From: Podarcis pityusensis
Lineage: Eukaryota
Reading direction: 5' to 3' (one strand)
DNA: 64,000 nucleotides
NCBI GenBank assembly: GCA_964106645.2
Contig: OZ067038.1
In this document: positions 22,408-36,034 of the stretch, in pieces
How the letters are laid out: each line of letters begins with the position of its first letter
Numbering within the stretch: the stretch's first letter is position 1
The notes under the pieces: model-generated
Databases searched by the model: none
What the model was told of the DNA's origin: nothing
What the model saw: the letters and a program-made list of their open reading frames with translations, nothing else
Program-made: the position numbers and the translations under genes

Positions 22408-22542
22408 GATCGTCTCATTGCCCTTGATGCTGCTGATGAATTCTTTCGAATTGCCAGTGCAACATACCCAAAGAGGGAAAGATGTACAGTGAAAGAGGAA
22501 GTCAATCTGATTGCGGTCCAGTTCAGTTCTTCTCTGTCATAA
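22408..22542 (+). CDS. MREG: Melanoregulin last coding exon
   Basis: catgcag|DRLIALDAADEFFRIASATYPKRERCTVKEEVNLIAVQFSSSLS*; matches mammalian DRLIALDAAEEFFKLA..TYPK. Confidence 0.93.
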   Translation, partial: DRLIALDAADEFFRIASATYPKRERCTVKEEVNLIAVQFSSSLS

Positions 22543-23860
22543 CACTGATCACCTTTGGATGGACTTTTGATTTTGAAGGGATTGGCCAGAGTAATGTGAC
22601 TTCTTCCTTCAGGAAACTAGTATATCTCAGAAGTGCAGGATAAATCTAGAATGATGTACCTGTTGTATAGCGTGATGCAATAGAGACTCACCTTGACTCA
22701 GGAGAAAGTCTGTGATTGGAGTCTGCTATAAGCTTTGGTGCTAGATTAGATACCGGCGGTAGTCTTACAGCTGCAGTGAATATTAAAAGTGCAGTGACAG
22801 AAACCTCCTGTACTGCTTCCGATGTAATGTTTTTCTCTTTGACAGCTTGGTACAATTGGTACAGTTATTTCCCATAACTGACTATTTTCCTGTGTTCCTG
22901 TTTAAGTGGGATTTTAACAGGGTGGAAAGTTAACTCCTTTTAAAACTGCCATTTCATCAAGTTCCTTCTCTCTTGAGAATACACCATGTATCGTGCCAGG
23001 AAAACTCCTCATATCCATCTATGCAATTAGAGATTCTCTGTGTGGTAGATGTGGGTGACGTATTCATCAACAATGGCAGAATGTTGTGAGAACCATCAAA
23101 AACCATACTGCAAATTACTTCCTAGCAGCAAAAGAGTCTTAATTAGCATTTTTAGACGTGAAGAAATCAAATCCTGCTATTCTGAGCTGGTTTTGCCTCA
23201 AGATTCAAAAATCTACAATGGCAGTTACTGAGCTTTCCTCATCATAGCACGAATCCATTGTTCCACTGAGAAAGATTATTGTGTAAGCATCTTTTTAAAG
23301 ATGTTGTATTGAAAACATCTGCAAGCCTTCCTTTTGTCCTAGATCCTTATGCAGTAGCTATTGATTCCAGTTGCCTCCTTTGTTCCAGCTGGTATTTTTA
23401 TCACACACTGAACTTGGACATTACGGTGTCCTGCGGTTTTGCTCGAAATGGAACGTTTAGTAATTGAGGGGCACTTTTCTTTTTGCACTTGCATCTATTT
23501 TTCACCAACCTGTTGGAACAAATGTGTTTATTGAAATCTATATTGTGTTACAAAAGCTAATGATACAAAATGTTTTAATATAGCCCAAATAGTATCTTGC
23601 TGTTTTAGTCTGGTAATGAGCAATGGTTTTAAACTACGGATGTGGTGATGGTTCATTGTCACTACTACTTTTTTAAAGCAAAAAGCTGGTGCTCTCACCA
23701 GATGGTATTTGGTTTTTGTGGTTGCAACATACCTAACAAAATGGCAAGAGGTATTTTAAGTGTTTGTACCAGTGATGTTAAAACAGTTATATAAAATGTG
23801 TGCTTTGTCACTTCCTAGGGAGGAAAACTGTATTGATTCTATACTTTCATACCTTAATTT

Positions 23861-23870
23861 AATAAATAAA
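23861..23870 (+). terminator. Candidate MREG polyadenylation signal
   Basis: Overlapping AATAAATAAA ~1.3 kb after the stop, followed by T/GT-rich sequence. Confidence 0.5.
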
Positions 23871-24849
23871 AAGTCCCTATGTGATTCTTCCCTATTTTGA
23901 AGTATGTTTTGTCTTTGTAAAGCAGATTAATGAATGCTAGACATATTGAGGTTCCAACCATTTTTCTAAGGCAATTTAGAAATTGTAGAATACAAAAAAA
24001 CTATCTGGTCCTTGCAGATTACTTTGTGAAATTTACAATGTAGTTCTATGCATACTTACTTGAGAACAAAGTCCCATTGTGATCTATTGGTTACTCTCTA
24101 GAAAGTATGTTTGGGACTGCAGCCTAAGCATCATGCAGAAGTAGAGCTGCACTGCATGTTGTTCAGTTTCAGTATTTGGGTGAGAAATCACACACTTTCT
24201 CCCCCCCCCCACACTATTCATGGCTCCTTTGCCTCAAAATATTTTGTTGGGAGTTGCTACCTGATAGGATGATTCCAAGGATGCTGCCCAGGTAATCCTG
24301 ATTCATTGTGGAGTGCCATTTAATTTCTGTTCCTGTACTATATTTAAGGATATTTTGTAAGCCACTGAGATCCTCTTGGGTCTATATAGCAGGATATACA
24401 TATTCTACCTAATACAAAAAGTCTTGTGGCCTGTCTCAGTAACATTTTTATTACAGCAAGTGTTCTAATATCAAACATGTGTTCAACAGGTTACCACAGA
24501 GGTGGTGAACTTGTTTCTCTCCAAATGTCGCTGGACTCCAGCTCCCATCATCCCTGGCTATCAGCCGGCCGACTGAAGTTGTTGAACTTCAACTCACAAC
24601 GGCATCTGGGAGAAGCACAAATTCCCCATCCCTTGGTTGCAGTGATTAGGGCTGGAACCAAAGGTTTCCCTTTGCTGACCGAAGGGACTTATTCTGCCAG
24701 GAAGACTTACTGTGTCCACAGAAGGGGACCTTTTGAATCTGAATGCAAGTCTTCCCATGAGTAGCTGTTGTTGTGCATCTAATATCAACATTTATGCTCC
24801 AGTTCTTTTCTGAATCATTTCTAACAATAACACTGGTAGGTTCTGGGCT

Positions 24850-25365
24850 GTGGGATCTGATAATGGCAGCTAGCAGATTGAGGTTGAATCCTGACAAGAC
24901 AGAAGTACTGTTTTGGGTGACAGGGGGCAGGCAGGTGTGGGGGAATCCCTGGTCCTGAACGGGGTAAGTGTGCCCCTGAAGTCTTGGGTAGGGTTGCCCT
25001 ACATCAGGAATTTCCTGGACATATCCAGAATACTGCAGTCAGAAGCAGTGTCTGGGCAGAAATGGGCAAATCCGGATCTTGGCAGTGTTGGTTTTGTCGA
25101 TTTTCCTTTTAAAAAAGCTCAAAAACGACAATTTTCTTTTGCTCAACAACTTTGGGCAAAACTAAAAACTCAACAACTTTTGTGGCAACCCTAACCTTGG
25201 GGTCATTTTGGACTCACAGTTGTCCATGGAGGTGAAGGTTAATTCTACTAGCTCCACCTGTTATGCCGGCTGAGACCCTTCCTGCCCGCAGACCGTCTCC
25301 CCAGAGTGGTCCATGCTCTGGTTATCTCCTGCTTGGACTACTGCAATGTGCTGTACGTGGGGTGT
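24850..25365 (+). mobile_element. L2 LINE fragment interrupted by a hAT MITE (~24988-25193)
   Basis: RLRLNPDKTEVL and HALVISCLDYCNVLYVG are L2 motifs; the insert has TAGGGTTGCC / GGCAACCCTA termini. Confidence 0.75.
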
Positions 25366-27165
25366 GATCACTTTGGTATGATGGTTGCAGATTCAATCCC
25401 TGGCCTTTCCAGTTAGAGCTGGGAGGGTCCTGGTCTGAAATCCTGCACAGCTGCTGCCAGTCCGTGTAGACAATACTGAGATAGATGGACCAATGGCATG
25501 TCTCAGCATCAGGCAGCCTCCTGTGTTCTCCACTCAAATGTACTCTCCCAGGCTGCCGCGCCTCCACTATTGGAAACAGTGCTTAGGAAATCAGAAAAAG
25601 TTATTTGCCACTATAGCCAGAGAATTGGGGCAAAATTTAGGGGTAGCAGATTTTGGACAGATTTATTCAAAATATGCCCGTCTTGAGGCTCAACCTTGCT
25701 GTTTCCTTAGATTATTGTTGTAGCAACAGCAGGCAAGTAGCATCAAGAAGGAGCTGGGTGTTTGCATTGGGAACGGTTCAAGATGATGCCACCATATTGT
25801 AGTCTAGTAAGCTTCTTGGATGCCCATTATCCCCCACTGCCAAGAGGAGATGGCTAGTCAAGGAGGGCAGGGCCTAGTCAGGGCCACTGACTGGTAGTCC
25901 TGTTCCTGCTGTAGTTCTCTGGCGTTGTCGACAAGGTTCTCCTCGGCATCTTTTTCCCTCTGAATTCCACAGGGTGGCAACATAGACTTTAGAATGCCAG
26001 AATGTGGAGGTTGCTGTTAGCTGTGAGTTCTTTCACCTCCATTCACTCACCTTTGCCATGTGTTCTTTAAACCTGCTCTCTGTTTTCAGGAAGTATGTAG
26101 CAGAGAGAGAAAGAGGCACTTTACATTTGAAGGTGCTGGTAACTGAATTCCCACCTTAATTCTCAACTAGGATTTTTTTTATATATATAAGGCAAACACC
26201 ACAATTCTATGATTCTATGGAATGTGAGGTTAGGGAGAGAATTGGTGGGGAAGTAATAGGTCTTTACTCAGTCAAATAAATAGTCCCTGCAAATTCTCCC
26301 TCCCTGCTGCTAGTTTTGAAATATCTTGCCCCCATATGAACCTGCCTGGAGCCTAAGATCATCACCCTTGAGAGTGGCAACAAGACTTCACACTCTGTTG
26401 TGTGGTGAGCCAACCTTGTCATCTGTTTGATGGCAGACAAAGGCATTTTTTGTTTCCTCAGCATTTGGGGATAGCGCCCATGATATTGTATTGTTTAGCC
26501 TGTTTTAAATAGGTTCAAACGGTTTTATTATTGCAATTTTTACTTGGTTGTAAGTCACTTGTGGCTCAGACTTATCCCCTGACACTTTGCTGGTCCTGAG
26601 CTTCACTTGTCAAAGGAGCAACCTCTCTCTGGCGATTCCTTCTCATGTTTGCCTTCTGCAAATAGAGCTGGGCGATATATTGATAGAGTTTGGTGCCCCC
26701 CCCCCAACCTGGCAAGCAGAGACCCAGATCTGCTTTCTTTTATTTTCTTTTTTGCGGACAAGAGAATAATGCTTTTAGCTAATTGTGATGGTGTGACAAA
26801 AAGTTTTGTCTGCCCATGCCATATTTACACAGCCACATTATGTTTGTACCATATTAGTATAAGAAGCATCTGGCAGCACAGCATTTAAAGGAAAAGAGAC
26901 ACATGGGTTAATTTAGTGAATCTCATCCTAGGGCCATCTTGTGGCTGATTATAGCTGAACTGTGCTGAGCTTGGAGAGTGAAAAGAGCCAAGAGTGCAAG
27001 AGAACTGTTGGCAGCATTCTGGGGTTTATTTGTGGGGGGCTGGAGAGTTGAGCAGCTGAGCTCTGATCCCTTCTAGTTTAGAACGCCAGCCCTGCAGCTT
27101 GCTGAGCGCTTTGTAAACTCCAGGAAGTCTCACAGAACTTAGCAGCATTTACTGAGTAAAGCTGC

Positions 27166-27546
27166 TGTTATAAGAATTGCAGGTAAAGGTAAAGAATTGC
27201 AGGTAAAGCAGATTGCAGGTAAAGCAATCAAAACAGGATTTCTGCTGTAGACCGCCTCCTTCTGTGATGTATGTATGATGTTTTGGGGGGTGGTCTTGGA
27301 CTACAGGGTGGGCAATTTCAGAAATCTATATAAGGGCTTGCACACCATTGTTCTGGGTTCCTCCTCCCGCCTGCGTGTGGTGAGTGAGGATCCTGTTGCA
27401 GCAGTTTAATAAAGATCAGGCTTACTAGCTGTTTTGCTTCTCAGTTTTCTCTGGTTGGCCTCTGTTATTTTCTCCTACTGATAGAGTAGTCTATATGGGC
27501 CCTTGGAAAACCCATAAGGGAAAAGGAGCAGTTTTTTCTTATAACA
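27166..27546 (+). mobile_element. Solo LTR (381 bp)
   Basis: Perfect 11-bp inverted termini TGTTATAAGAA..TTCTTATAACA; TATA box (CTATATAAGGG); AATAAA; 5-bp flanks GCTGC / CCTGC. Confidence 0.8.
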
Positions 27547-27789
27547 CCTGCATACTATAGGTTAGACTGACAAGGGCACTCATCTACACAGACTACATTC
27601 TTTCACAATTCTTTAGGTCCTGTTACTTAGCCAATTCCCCACCTCCCATAGAATGTGAGTTTCAAACTTTTAAGGGCTACTTTTCACACTATATTGATAT
27701 AGTTTTTTTTGGGGGGGGAGGGAGCCTCAAACCCTAGAAATTAATAAATCCCAAGATTTTGATTGGGGTATGGATTAAAGTTCTTGAAG

Positions 27790-27907
27790 TTACCATCATG
27801 AGTTTGACCAAACTGCAGGAGGCAGCGGAAGACAGGAGTGCCTGGCGTGCTCTGGTCCAGGGGGTCACGAAGAGTCGGACACGACTAAATGACTAAACAA
27901 CAACAAA
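27790..27907 (+). mobile_element. BovB (RTE) 3' end
   Basis: GCCTGGCGTGCT..GGGGTCACGAAGAGTCGGACACGACT followed by a (CAA)n tail. Confidence 0.85.
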
Positions 27908-29300
27908 TGGATTAAAGTACAAGCTGCAGAGCTGTGCCAGACAGGGAATTCCTGGGCTGACTTACTAAGGTGATGGGATGTGAGTTTGCGGGGATAGGAA
28001 AGGGGAGTTTTGGGGCAAGCATTGCTGGGAAGGAGAAACAGAAGGAAGAGCTGAGATCCATCTTGGGTAGGCTGGCTGCAAGCAGCTTGTTTTGTTGCCT
28101 CTTGAAATAACCATGCAGTGAGATCTGGACTCCCTCCATCAGACAGCCCATGGGCTCTTGCCACCACTTGGCAGAGATTCGAGCACCTGACTTTTGTAAC
28201 AATATTAATAAGACCTCAGATGATTCTCCTCATTCTTAGCTGAATACATTTGTTTTATTTCCAAACCACTTTTCTACAAGCATGATGGATAGAAGTGATG
28301 CTGCCAGATACAAATGTTCGTAATACGTATAGCTGGCTCAGTGCAACTAGATTTCCAAACACTGCAGTCCATGCATTTAGACAAGATAAGGACCTAGGAG
28401 ACCCCAGTTGAAATCCCCATTCAGCCAGGGAGGTCACTGGATGACCTTGGGCCAATCATTATTTCTCAGCCTAGCCTACCTATAAGGTTCTTGAGATGAT
28501 AAAAATGAGAGAGGATAATGTAAAATTTAAATATGTTATAGTTTTGATATTAATTTCTATAAACTGCAAAATAAACATGTTATAGAAATGTAAGCACAAC
28601 ACAAAGCTTATATTTATTACATTTCGAAATGTTTCCAAAAGTTAAAACGTAAATGTAAAATGTTATGAATAGTTTACTCTCAAGTAGCATTCATTCCTTA
28701 AATTATATAGCATAGTACTACTGACCATATTTCAAAATTTCCACATTTAAGGAGAAATGTGAATTCTCACTGATAGCTCAAGTAACTGAAATGTAAATGG
28801 TTGCTTACCCTTTCAGAGTGGGTGATGGTTGCGGCCCAGCCTGGCTTCTGGGGACGGGGAGTGAGCGATGCCTCCCTTCTTTGCCGCTGACCATTGGCTT
28901 TGGCCCTGGCCAGCTGTGGGTAACATTGGGATGGCTCACCAAAACCACAGTTTACGTAAATTGGCCAGTTGTGGTCTTCAAGGTGGGCAGAGCTTTGACA
29001 GTGGAGCAGGGGGAGCAAGGCTTCACTCTGGTTTGCTGTGGCAGTTTAAAAGGTTGGCTACACTCTGACCAAGTGGCACAGTTGGTGGCAGATCAACCTG
29101 CCGACCCACTAGGTACCATGGGCTGTGGGTATTGCATTATTAAGATGTGGGTATAATTGGTTGCCATATTCAGGGCCCGCTGGGAAGAAATTTGCCTGCA
29201 AATTGGGCCTGTCGGTGGGCGGGTTTTGCCTGCCTCGTAGCAGTTCTCACAAATTTGGGTGGAATTGAGTTGAGTCCTGTACATCAACATTGGGTACAAC

Positions 29301-29725
29301 CAGCGGCGTAGCGTGGGTTGTCAGCACCCAGGGCAAGGCAAGTAATTTGCGCCCCCTAACCCGGGGCAAGGCAAGTAATTTGCGCCCCCTAACCCCTAAC
29401 CTGCCGCCGCTGCCAGCTTCTTCTTGCTGCTGCCTGGTCTGGTCTGGTCTGGTTCTCTCCCGCACTCAGCGCTGCGCTGGGCGGCCGCTGCACTGTCCCT
29501 CCCCCAGATAGTCCCTCGCTCTCTCTCCGCACCGCACGCCTGGCACCCACCCCCTCCACAGTGGGCGGCGACCCAGCGGCTCGGATCGGATTCGCACAGC
29601 CAGCACTGCAGTGAGAGAGAGTGAGTGAGCCAGGTAGGGGCAGAGAGCTGCGAGTGCGAGTGCGCCCCCCAGATGTTGCGCCCGGTGCGGCCGGCCCCCC
29701 CTGCACCCCCCACGCTACGCCGCTG
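29301..29725. mobile_element. Young CpG-rich hAT MITE
   Basis: Perfect 17-bp TIR CAGCGGCGTAGCGTGGG; perfect 8-bp TSD GGTACAAC. Confidence 0.92.
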
Positions 29726-32700
29726 GGTACAACCTACCCAGGGGTCCGTGGCACCATTCAAAAACTACCATAGAGATTTCAACTCGTAACTTGAGGTGGC
29801 CCTTAACCCAGGCATGACCCTGAAATTCACCAGTCAGCAGGCAAGAAAATTAATGAGGGTGCACACAAAGGCCTAAGCTTAAGCCTAGTTACATCTGCAA
29901 TCCGTGGACTGGGTGTAACACTAGATGGAGACAGATGCCTCTTCTGCATTAACCACTAGATGGCAACGGAAACCTGCACCTTTGGTTTCTATGATCAGTG
30001 GCTGCTCCACAAGTCTACTCCAATCCCTATTTCTGTGCATAAAATGCACATCTTTTTAAAGGACTGCTGTTGCTCTTTTGTAGCTCTCTAATATCAATTC
30101 GGTGGACGCTAAAAACAACCACCCTATTATGATAAGAATCCCTCAGTTGTGCCCTTTGTTCCTTGCATTTTTCAAATGTTTTACAATATCACACTCTTTG
30201 CATTGCAGATTAATTCATCTCAAATCACTGCTCTGCTGCCTTTTGAGCATTCTTTAAGAGTTACTAACATTATACTTCCTGGTCCACTTTAGGCAAAGCC
30301 TATACATGACAAGCCTGGGCTCTTGACCAACAGATTTCTTCTTTCAAATATCCAGACACAACAGCCGGAACGATTTTGCCCCATCCCTGGTTCGTATTAG
30401 CCACTGTCAGAGCAGATGTAGTTTCTGAAACCTGAAAGAATTTGCACCAGCCTGAGCCATGTTTTTTGGCTGGAATCTACTACGGCAGGGGAACAGTTAA
30501 AGAACTTGTCTGGACTTCAAAGTTCTGACTCAGGAGACCTAAAGCTCCCTGAAAGTTATTGTTTTATCAAATTCTGGCCCAGTGACAGCAAACCATGAAT
30601 CAAGGGAAGGCTGCTCTATTGGAGAGTTGACTTTTTAAGGAAAACGCGTCTGAGGCTCATGTCAGAGGACTGTACACTCTGGAAGCTCTTATATTGCTCT
30701 GCACTCTTGCTGAGGATGTAATGAATACCAGGCCTATTTTCCTTCAGTATTCGCATGTCTAACTCTTCCCTCTTTCAACTCCCTCTCATGGGTTCTGAAC
30801 TCCAGGGAGATTTCACTTTTCCATGGGTAACAATACCATAGGACAAACTGTGCAAGCAAGTCTATGATCTCATCATTGTCATCAGGGGAAACCAGCCCCT
30901 GACAGAACTTTTCCATTGTGTTTTTCCATTTCTGCATGCAGGGGGTTTCCTGTAAATGGCTCGTGTGAACTCTACCAAAAGCAGCAAGGAAGCTTGATTA
31001 TATAGATTCTCCCCAGGGGAAACCCAGCCTTCTGAAACTGTTGTGCCCAGACTCTCTCTCTCCCCCATATAAGGAATTGTGATTTATTAATCATAGCTTT
31101 TCCAGGAATGTGTGTCTTTTATACTGGGTTTTCACATTTGGATGTATTGTTTATATTTGCGTATTTTTTTTGGCAGAATTTGCTGGCTGCATTTTATTGA
31201 GAGTACCAAAACCTGCTACAGGTCCCTGTCCCTTAATGGATTTCAGAGACTTTCTGGAACCCAGTATGTAGTATACAGGAGTTGGGGGAGGTGGATTTCG
31301 ATGGCTACCTGTCCTGATGATATATGGCATACCCTCTAACACTTCTCTGATAAAAATAGGGACATCCTAAGGAAAAGTGAGACAACTTTGAGAACCTTGA
31401 GGAGGGAGTCGCAATGAGTCAGAGAGGTGGGTGTTCTGAGGGGAGTTCCAGGACTTTGGGGAAGCAAGAGAGAACCACAGAGAGGAGCAGAAGATACTCA
31501 GGCAACTGAGGGGAAATCCTGTGGAAGGAGATACTGGGGTGTGCGGTCAAAGGGGGTCACAATTCCTCCTATTTATTTTAGTCTCACTATTTTGCTGAAG
31601 TATCATTTTCTCCTGTCTGGTCTGTGAATGACACAGACTAGAATGGGTGTGGGGTTAGGGTTATAAGGCTTACTCACCAGTTAGTCATCAGCCACTCGCT
31701 CTTGGGGATGATGGGTTCAAAGGAAGTTCTGAAATGTGACCCAATAAAACTGCTGTAAAATGTCCCAGGTGAACGAAAACCTGGCTTGAAGTCTGGATCC
31801 TCCATCATATGTGGTTTGAAATGAAAAAGCAGCATCCATTTCCCCCAACTAAGCTAAAAGCCATATGGACAGGCTGAGCCACAACATTAGTTAATCTGTA
31901 GACTGAAACCTTATTTTTCACAAGTGTGACAGCGATACCTTCAGGAGGCTGTTTCTCAAAAGGGAAGCCTGAATCCCATGAGCACTTGGTGCCTGAATAC
32001 AATTGTAAATGTCTTGTTGGATTATTCCAGACAGAAGTGGCTCCACAGCTCACAGTCTGAAGGATCAAGTGAATGTATTCATGCCCACTGCTCATTCTGG
32101 TAAAACATGTTCAAATTGATCCAGGCAGACTATGATGTGTGGGAGTCCATATCAGAAAACAGGCATGGCTTTTTAAAAATAAAAATAAATTCTGGGACTT
32201 AAAATTTCTTCCATACAAACTGATTCCCTCAGGAGCAATCAAGTTTCATAACCAAGTTGAAATAAGCTCTTGAGATCCAGGGGCCTCAGTGCACTAGTTG
32301 GGAGGGGATAAAATTCACATTGAGTCAGAACATTTGCTTTTGATAAACACATAAATAAAAATATCTGCACATTAGTTTTCCATTGGTTTCTAGGCTTGGG
32401 ATTACCCACTGTGTGCAGGGGAAGGGGTGGAGGAAGATGGGACGAGGAAGACTCATCCATTCTTGGATAGCTTTCAGGAAGCTTGGCTGAAAGCTGGTTG
32501 GTTTCCAGCAAGAAGTCAGAATTATGTATTTATCAGATTCCTCTTGCTTTCTCCTCGCCTTTAAAGCCAGAGATGCAAAACTTAAAATATCACATTTCTA
32601 GTTCTGAAACCTGGCATTGATTTGATTATTTGATTATTTAATTTTTCTTTATCAGAGTTAAGTGTGTCCTACATCCTTATTTCAACTGCACTTCTTATTC

Positions 32701-33264
32701 TGTAAGTACTACAGAGTGCAATATAATATGACCAGGAAACCTTTCTTTGTGGGGTGCTGGATAATGTACTACAGAAGTTTTGGTTAATGTATGACTCTGT
32801 GTTTCATTGATAGTTTTTTCGCTTGCTTGAAATAGTACTTCTATAAAAACCTGCTCAAATAGTTAAGGTGTTCTAGATACACTCTGATGAATATTCAAGT
32901 AGATATGAAAGCCATGGGAACTGATTCCAGACATCTAAGGTACCCTGGCGAGGCTGTAAGACAAACAAGTACCTGCTAATCTTTTCCCCAGAAAATGAAG
33001 AACTAGAGAGAAAAATGTGAGTTTAGCATTCTTAAGATCTGAGACATTTTAAAGAGAATTTAAGGTACAGTATGATCACATCTTATGCACATTTAACTTG
33101 CACAATTTCAAGTCTGCATGGTTGAAGTTAGGCTAGTTAAATGTAAGCAAGGCAAAAAGCTTAAAACCTATTTTTGTGCTCTCTGCCTTGGTGTCCTAGT
33201 GTCTCCTGATATTTTCCAAAGAAATAGGGACAGCCCATTTCAAGGTGTGTCACATTTTGGTGTA

Positions 33265-33499
33265 CAGTGAAACCTTGGTTGTTGAACGTAATCTGTTCCG
33301 GAAGAGAGTTCGACTTCTGAAACATTCAACAACCAAGGTGCCGGCCTGCAAAATCCATTGAAAAAATGGAGAAACGCACCTCGGAAGCTGTTCCACTTTC
33401 AAGGCATGTTCAGAATCGGAAGCATTCACTTCCGGGTTGTTGGCGTTCAGGTTCTGAATTGTTTGGCTTCCAAAGTGTTCAACAACTGAGGTTCCACTG
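33265..33499. mobile_element. Tigger-like MITE
   Basis: TA-CAGTGAAACCT...GAGGTTCCACTG-TA. Confidence 0.75.
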
Positions 33500-33999
33500 T
33501 ACCTTGATAAAATCCTGATTATGAAAGAACTGAAGTAGAAAGCTTATGAGAGCAACCAGGATGTATATTCCTTGGAGCAGGTCCCTAAGGATGCTAATAA
33601 TGAAACTTACATAAATGCATTTTCTTGCAGCTAGTTATGTACTTGGGAGGTACTGTAGGTGGCTGACACCCAGTAGGAAGAGAAGGTATTTAGCATTTCC
33701 AAGGCATCCCCATCAGTGTTGCAAGCTACTACTACTACTAATTTATGATTTATATGACGCTCATCTGACTGGGTTGCCCCAGCCACTCTGGGGAGCTCTG
33801 AACAAAAAATAGTAAAAGCACAATACAACACCACAGACTGAAAACTTCCCTGAACAGGACTGCAGCAGCAGATCCACCGCTTACCCCTGATTAATAGTGT
33901 GGTGGGCTCACCCACTAACTGCCCCCAGTTATATGTATATGGCACATACGCCTCACTGTATGCCATTTACGCCAAGTTTTACAATTTACCATGGGCTAT

Positions 34000-34900
34000 C
34001 ATGTGGGGAACTTGTGTGAGGGAAAACTTTGTGATTAGAGTCTCAGGCAGGAATTGATCAAATGAACGGGAAAAGTTTTATTAAACAAAAGAAGTTTGTG
34101 AAACAAAGTGGGTCAGGGAATGCATTCTTTCAAGTAGAATTTAACTTATTACTAAAACTATATATAAAGGTGTCACAGGCTTAAACACAGTGTTACAGTC
34201 ACAGCTTCTCTTAACCTCTCTTTACTCAAATTCAGTTTCTGTTACTTAGTTATGACAGTTAAATACTTTTAACACCATACAGCTTCCTTCACAGATTAAT
34301 ACCTTGGTTCATGAGCAAGGGGCACTCAGTTACCCACTCTTCACAATCCTACTCCTGAGGGTTTCCAAATAGTATAACAGACGTAGGGGATCCCCTCACC
34401 CTTTGTGACTGGTTTGGGAGTCTTCTCTACCTAGAAGAGCCCTCCCCTCCTGGCTAGAATGAGACCCAGGTGTCGTCTGCATTCTGATTCTCCCGGCTCA
34501 GACTCGGCCCTCCAGGTAACTCCTGTCTGTGCACCTTCCCCAGACCCTCGACGTGGTCTCCCTGTCTAAGCTGCAAGGCTCTGTCCTCTTGCCATAGGTA
34601 GTCTCCTCACTCAGTGTGGATGTTTAACTCAAATCTGAACCAGTTCTCCCTATCTCACAACTCAAATCAAACCCTATCCATCTTCTCAAATCCAGCCCTA
34701 TCTAACTCTCTCCTTTTATTCTCCTTTTTATGCTCCTCTGCCCTCTGTGGCTAGCTGACTTTGTAGCCAATCAGCAACAGGCTCCAGCACTCTGGTGGAA
34801 TTTCAGGGGGACTGAAATGAATCACAGCTGCCTTCAGGTGTCTTAAAAATCTCATAGCTGACTACCGAAAAGGCCCTCTGCCTGGTTACCTGTAAATGAG
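34000..34900 (-). mobile_element. Probable solo LTR; boundaries uncertain
   Basis: CCAAT (~34787), TATA-like CATAAAAAG on the - strand (~34730) and AATAAA on the - strand (~34080) in LTR order; no TSD resolved. Confidence 0.4.
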
Positions 34901-35981
34901 CAGAAACTACACAAGCACACTGAGGCACGCTCTAGCTGTATTTCATGTCCAGATATATTTTCCTTCTGAATGCTCCCCCCCATGTTCACTTTCAAATGCG
35001 TTTGTTCAGGACTGCTGCCCTGTATACAAGCTCATACCTTTAGCTCTTATTAATTAACACAGAACTACAAATTATTTCTTGGTTCTATATTCACAGTCAC
35101 TAAAATGAATTAGATGTTCCAGTTCACTTATCAGCATTGACTGAAGTGGAATATCCATTCTTTTAGCACCCTGTAAATATAAAAAGATGGTTAAAGGGTG
35201 CTAAGGGAGATTTACTTCTGTTTATCCAAACAGCTGCAGCAGCATAATACATTCATAAGGACCAAGTGAAAGCTGAAATTAATGATGATACAGCTTGGAT
35301 TCTGCCCCCCCACCCCCACCCAATGAATCGCCATGGCTGCCTGAACTTTTGGGACCTTGACTATGAGTCCTTCTTTATGAAGATGTATATATGGGAGGGC
35401 CCCACCTTACTTTCATAAGACTTGCTACACAGAGTACATCTGTTTCCTGTTTCATAAACCACAATTTAATGCTTGCCATTTTTGAGCAAGCTATAGTAAC
35501 AAAAAATTGTTCCCACTTCCATCTGCTGCATGAATGTGCAAATCTGGCAGATAAAACTCTGAACACTTTGTGTCAAAATCACAGTTTGTCTTCCTGTATT
35601 TCAGATTCTCCCTCATCACAACCTCTGGGACTTTTAGAGTGTTATGCTGCTCTATAGAAGCGCAAAAGTAAACTGTTATTTACGTACCAACAGTTTTAAT
35701 TGATTTCCCCCTCATAATAAATACATGACTAAAATGCAGTTTGCAGCATACTAATTTTGACATTATTGTTGAAGTTATTAGTATTTTATTTTTATTAAAT
35801 CACACAGCAGCATCAATACATATGCCTTTTTAGTTTATGGGAACTCTTCAAAATGCTATGTCTAGCTAAACCACACATTACAGAGAATTAGGTAGCGGAC
35901 TGATGTGGTACATTTCTAGACCATGTTGGCTTCTGTCCTCTTGCTAAAATTGTTGCTTGTTAGTTTGCTTGAGCGGAGGAG

Positions 35982-35982
<1 letters not shown>

Positions 35983-36032
<50 letters not shown>

Positions 36033-36034
36033 TC
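35983..36034. repeat. (TTTC)n microsatellite
   Basis: Seen directly. Confidence 0.95.

Noticed and set aside
30734-30937. Possible UGT or other exon on the - strand
   Set aside because: A VTHG-like word occurs, but the surrounding frames do not match UGT exon 4 or any protein I recognise.
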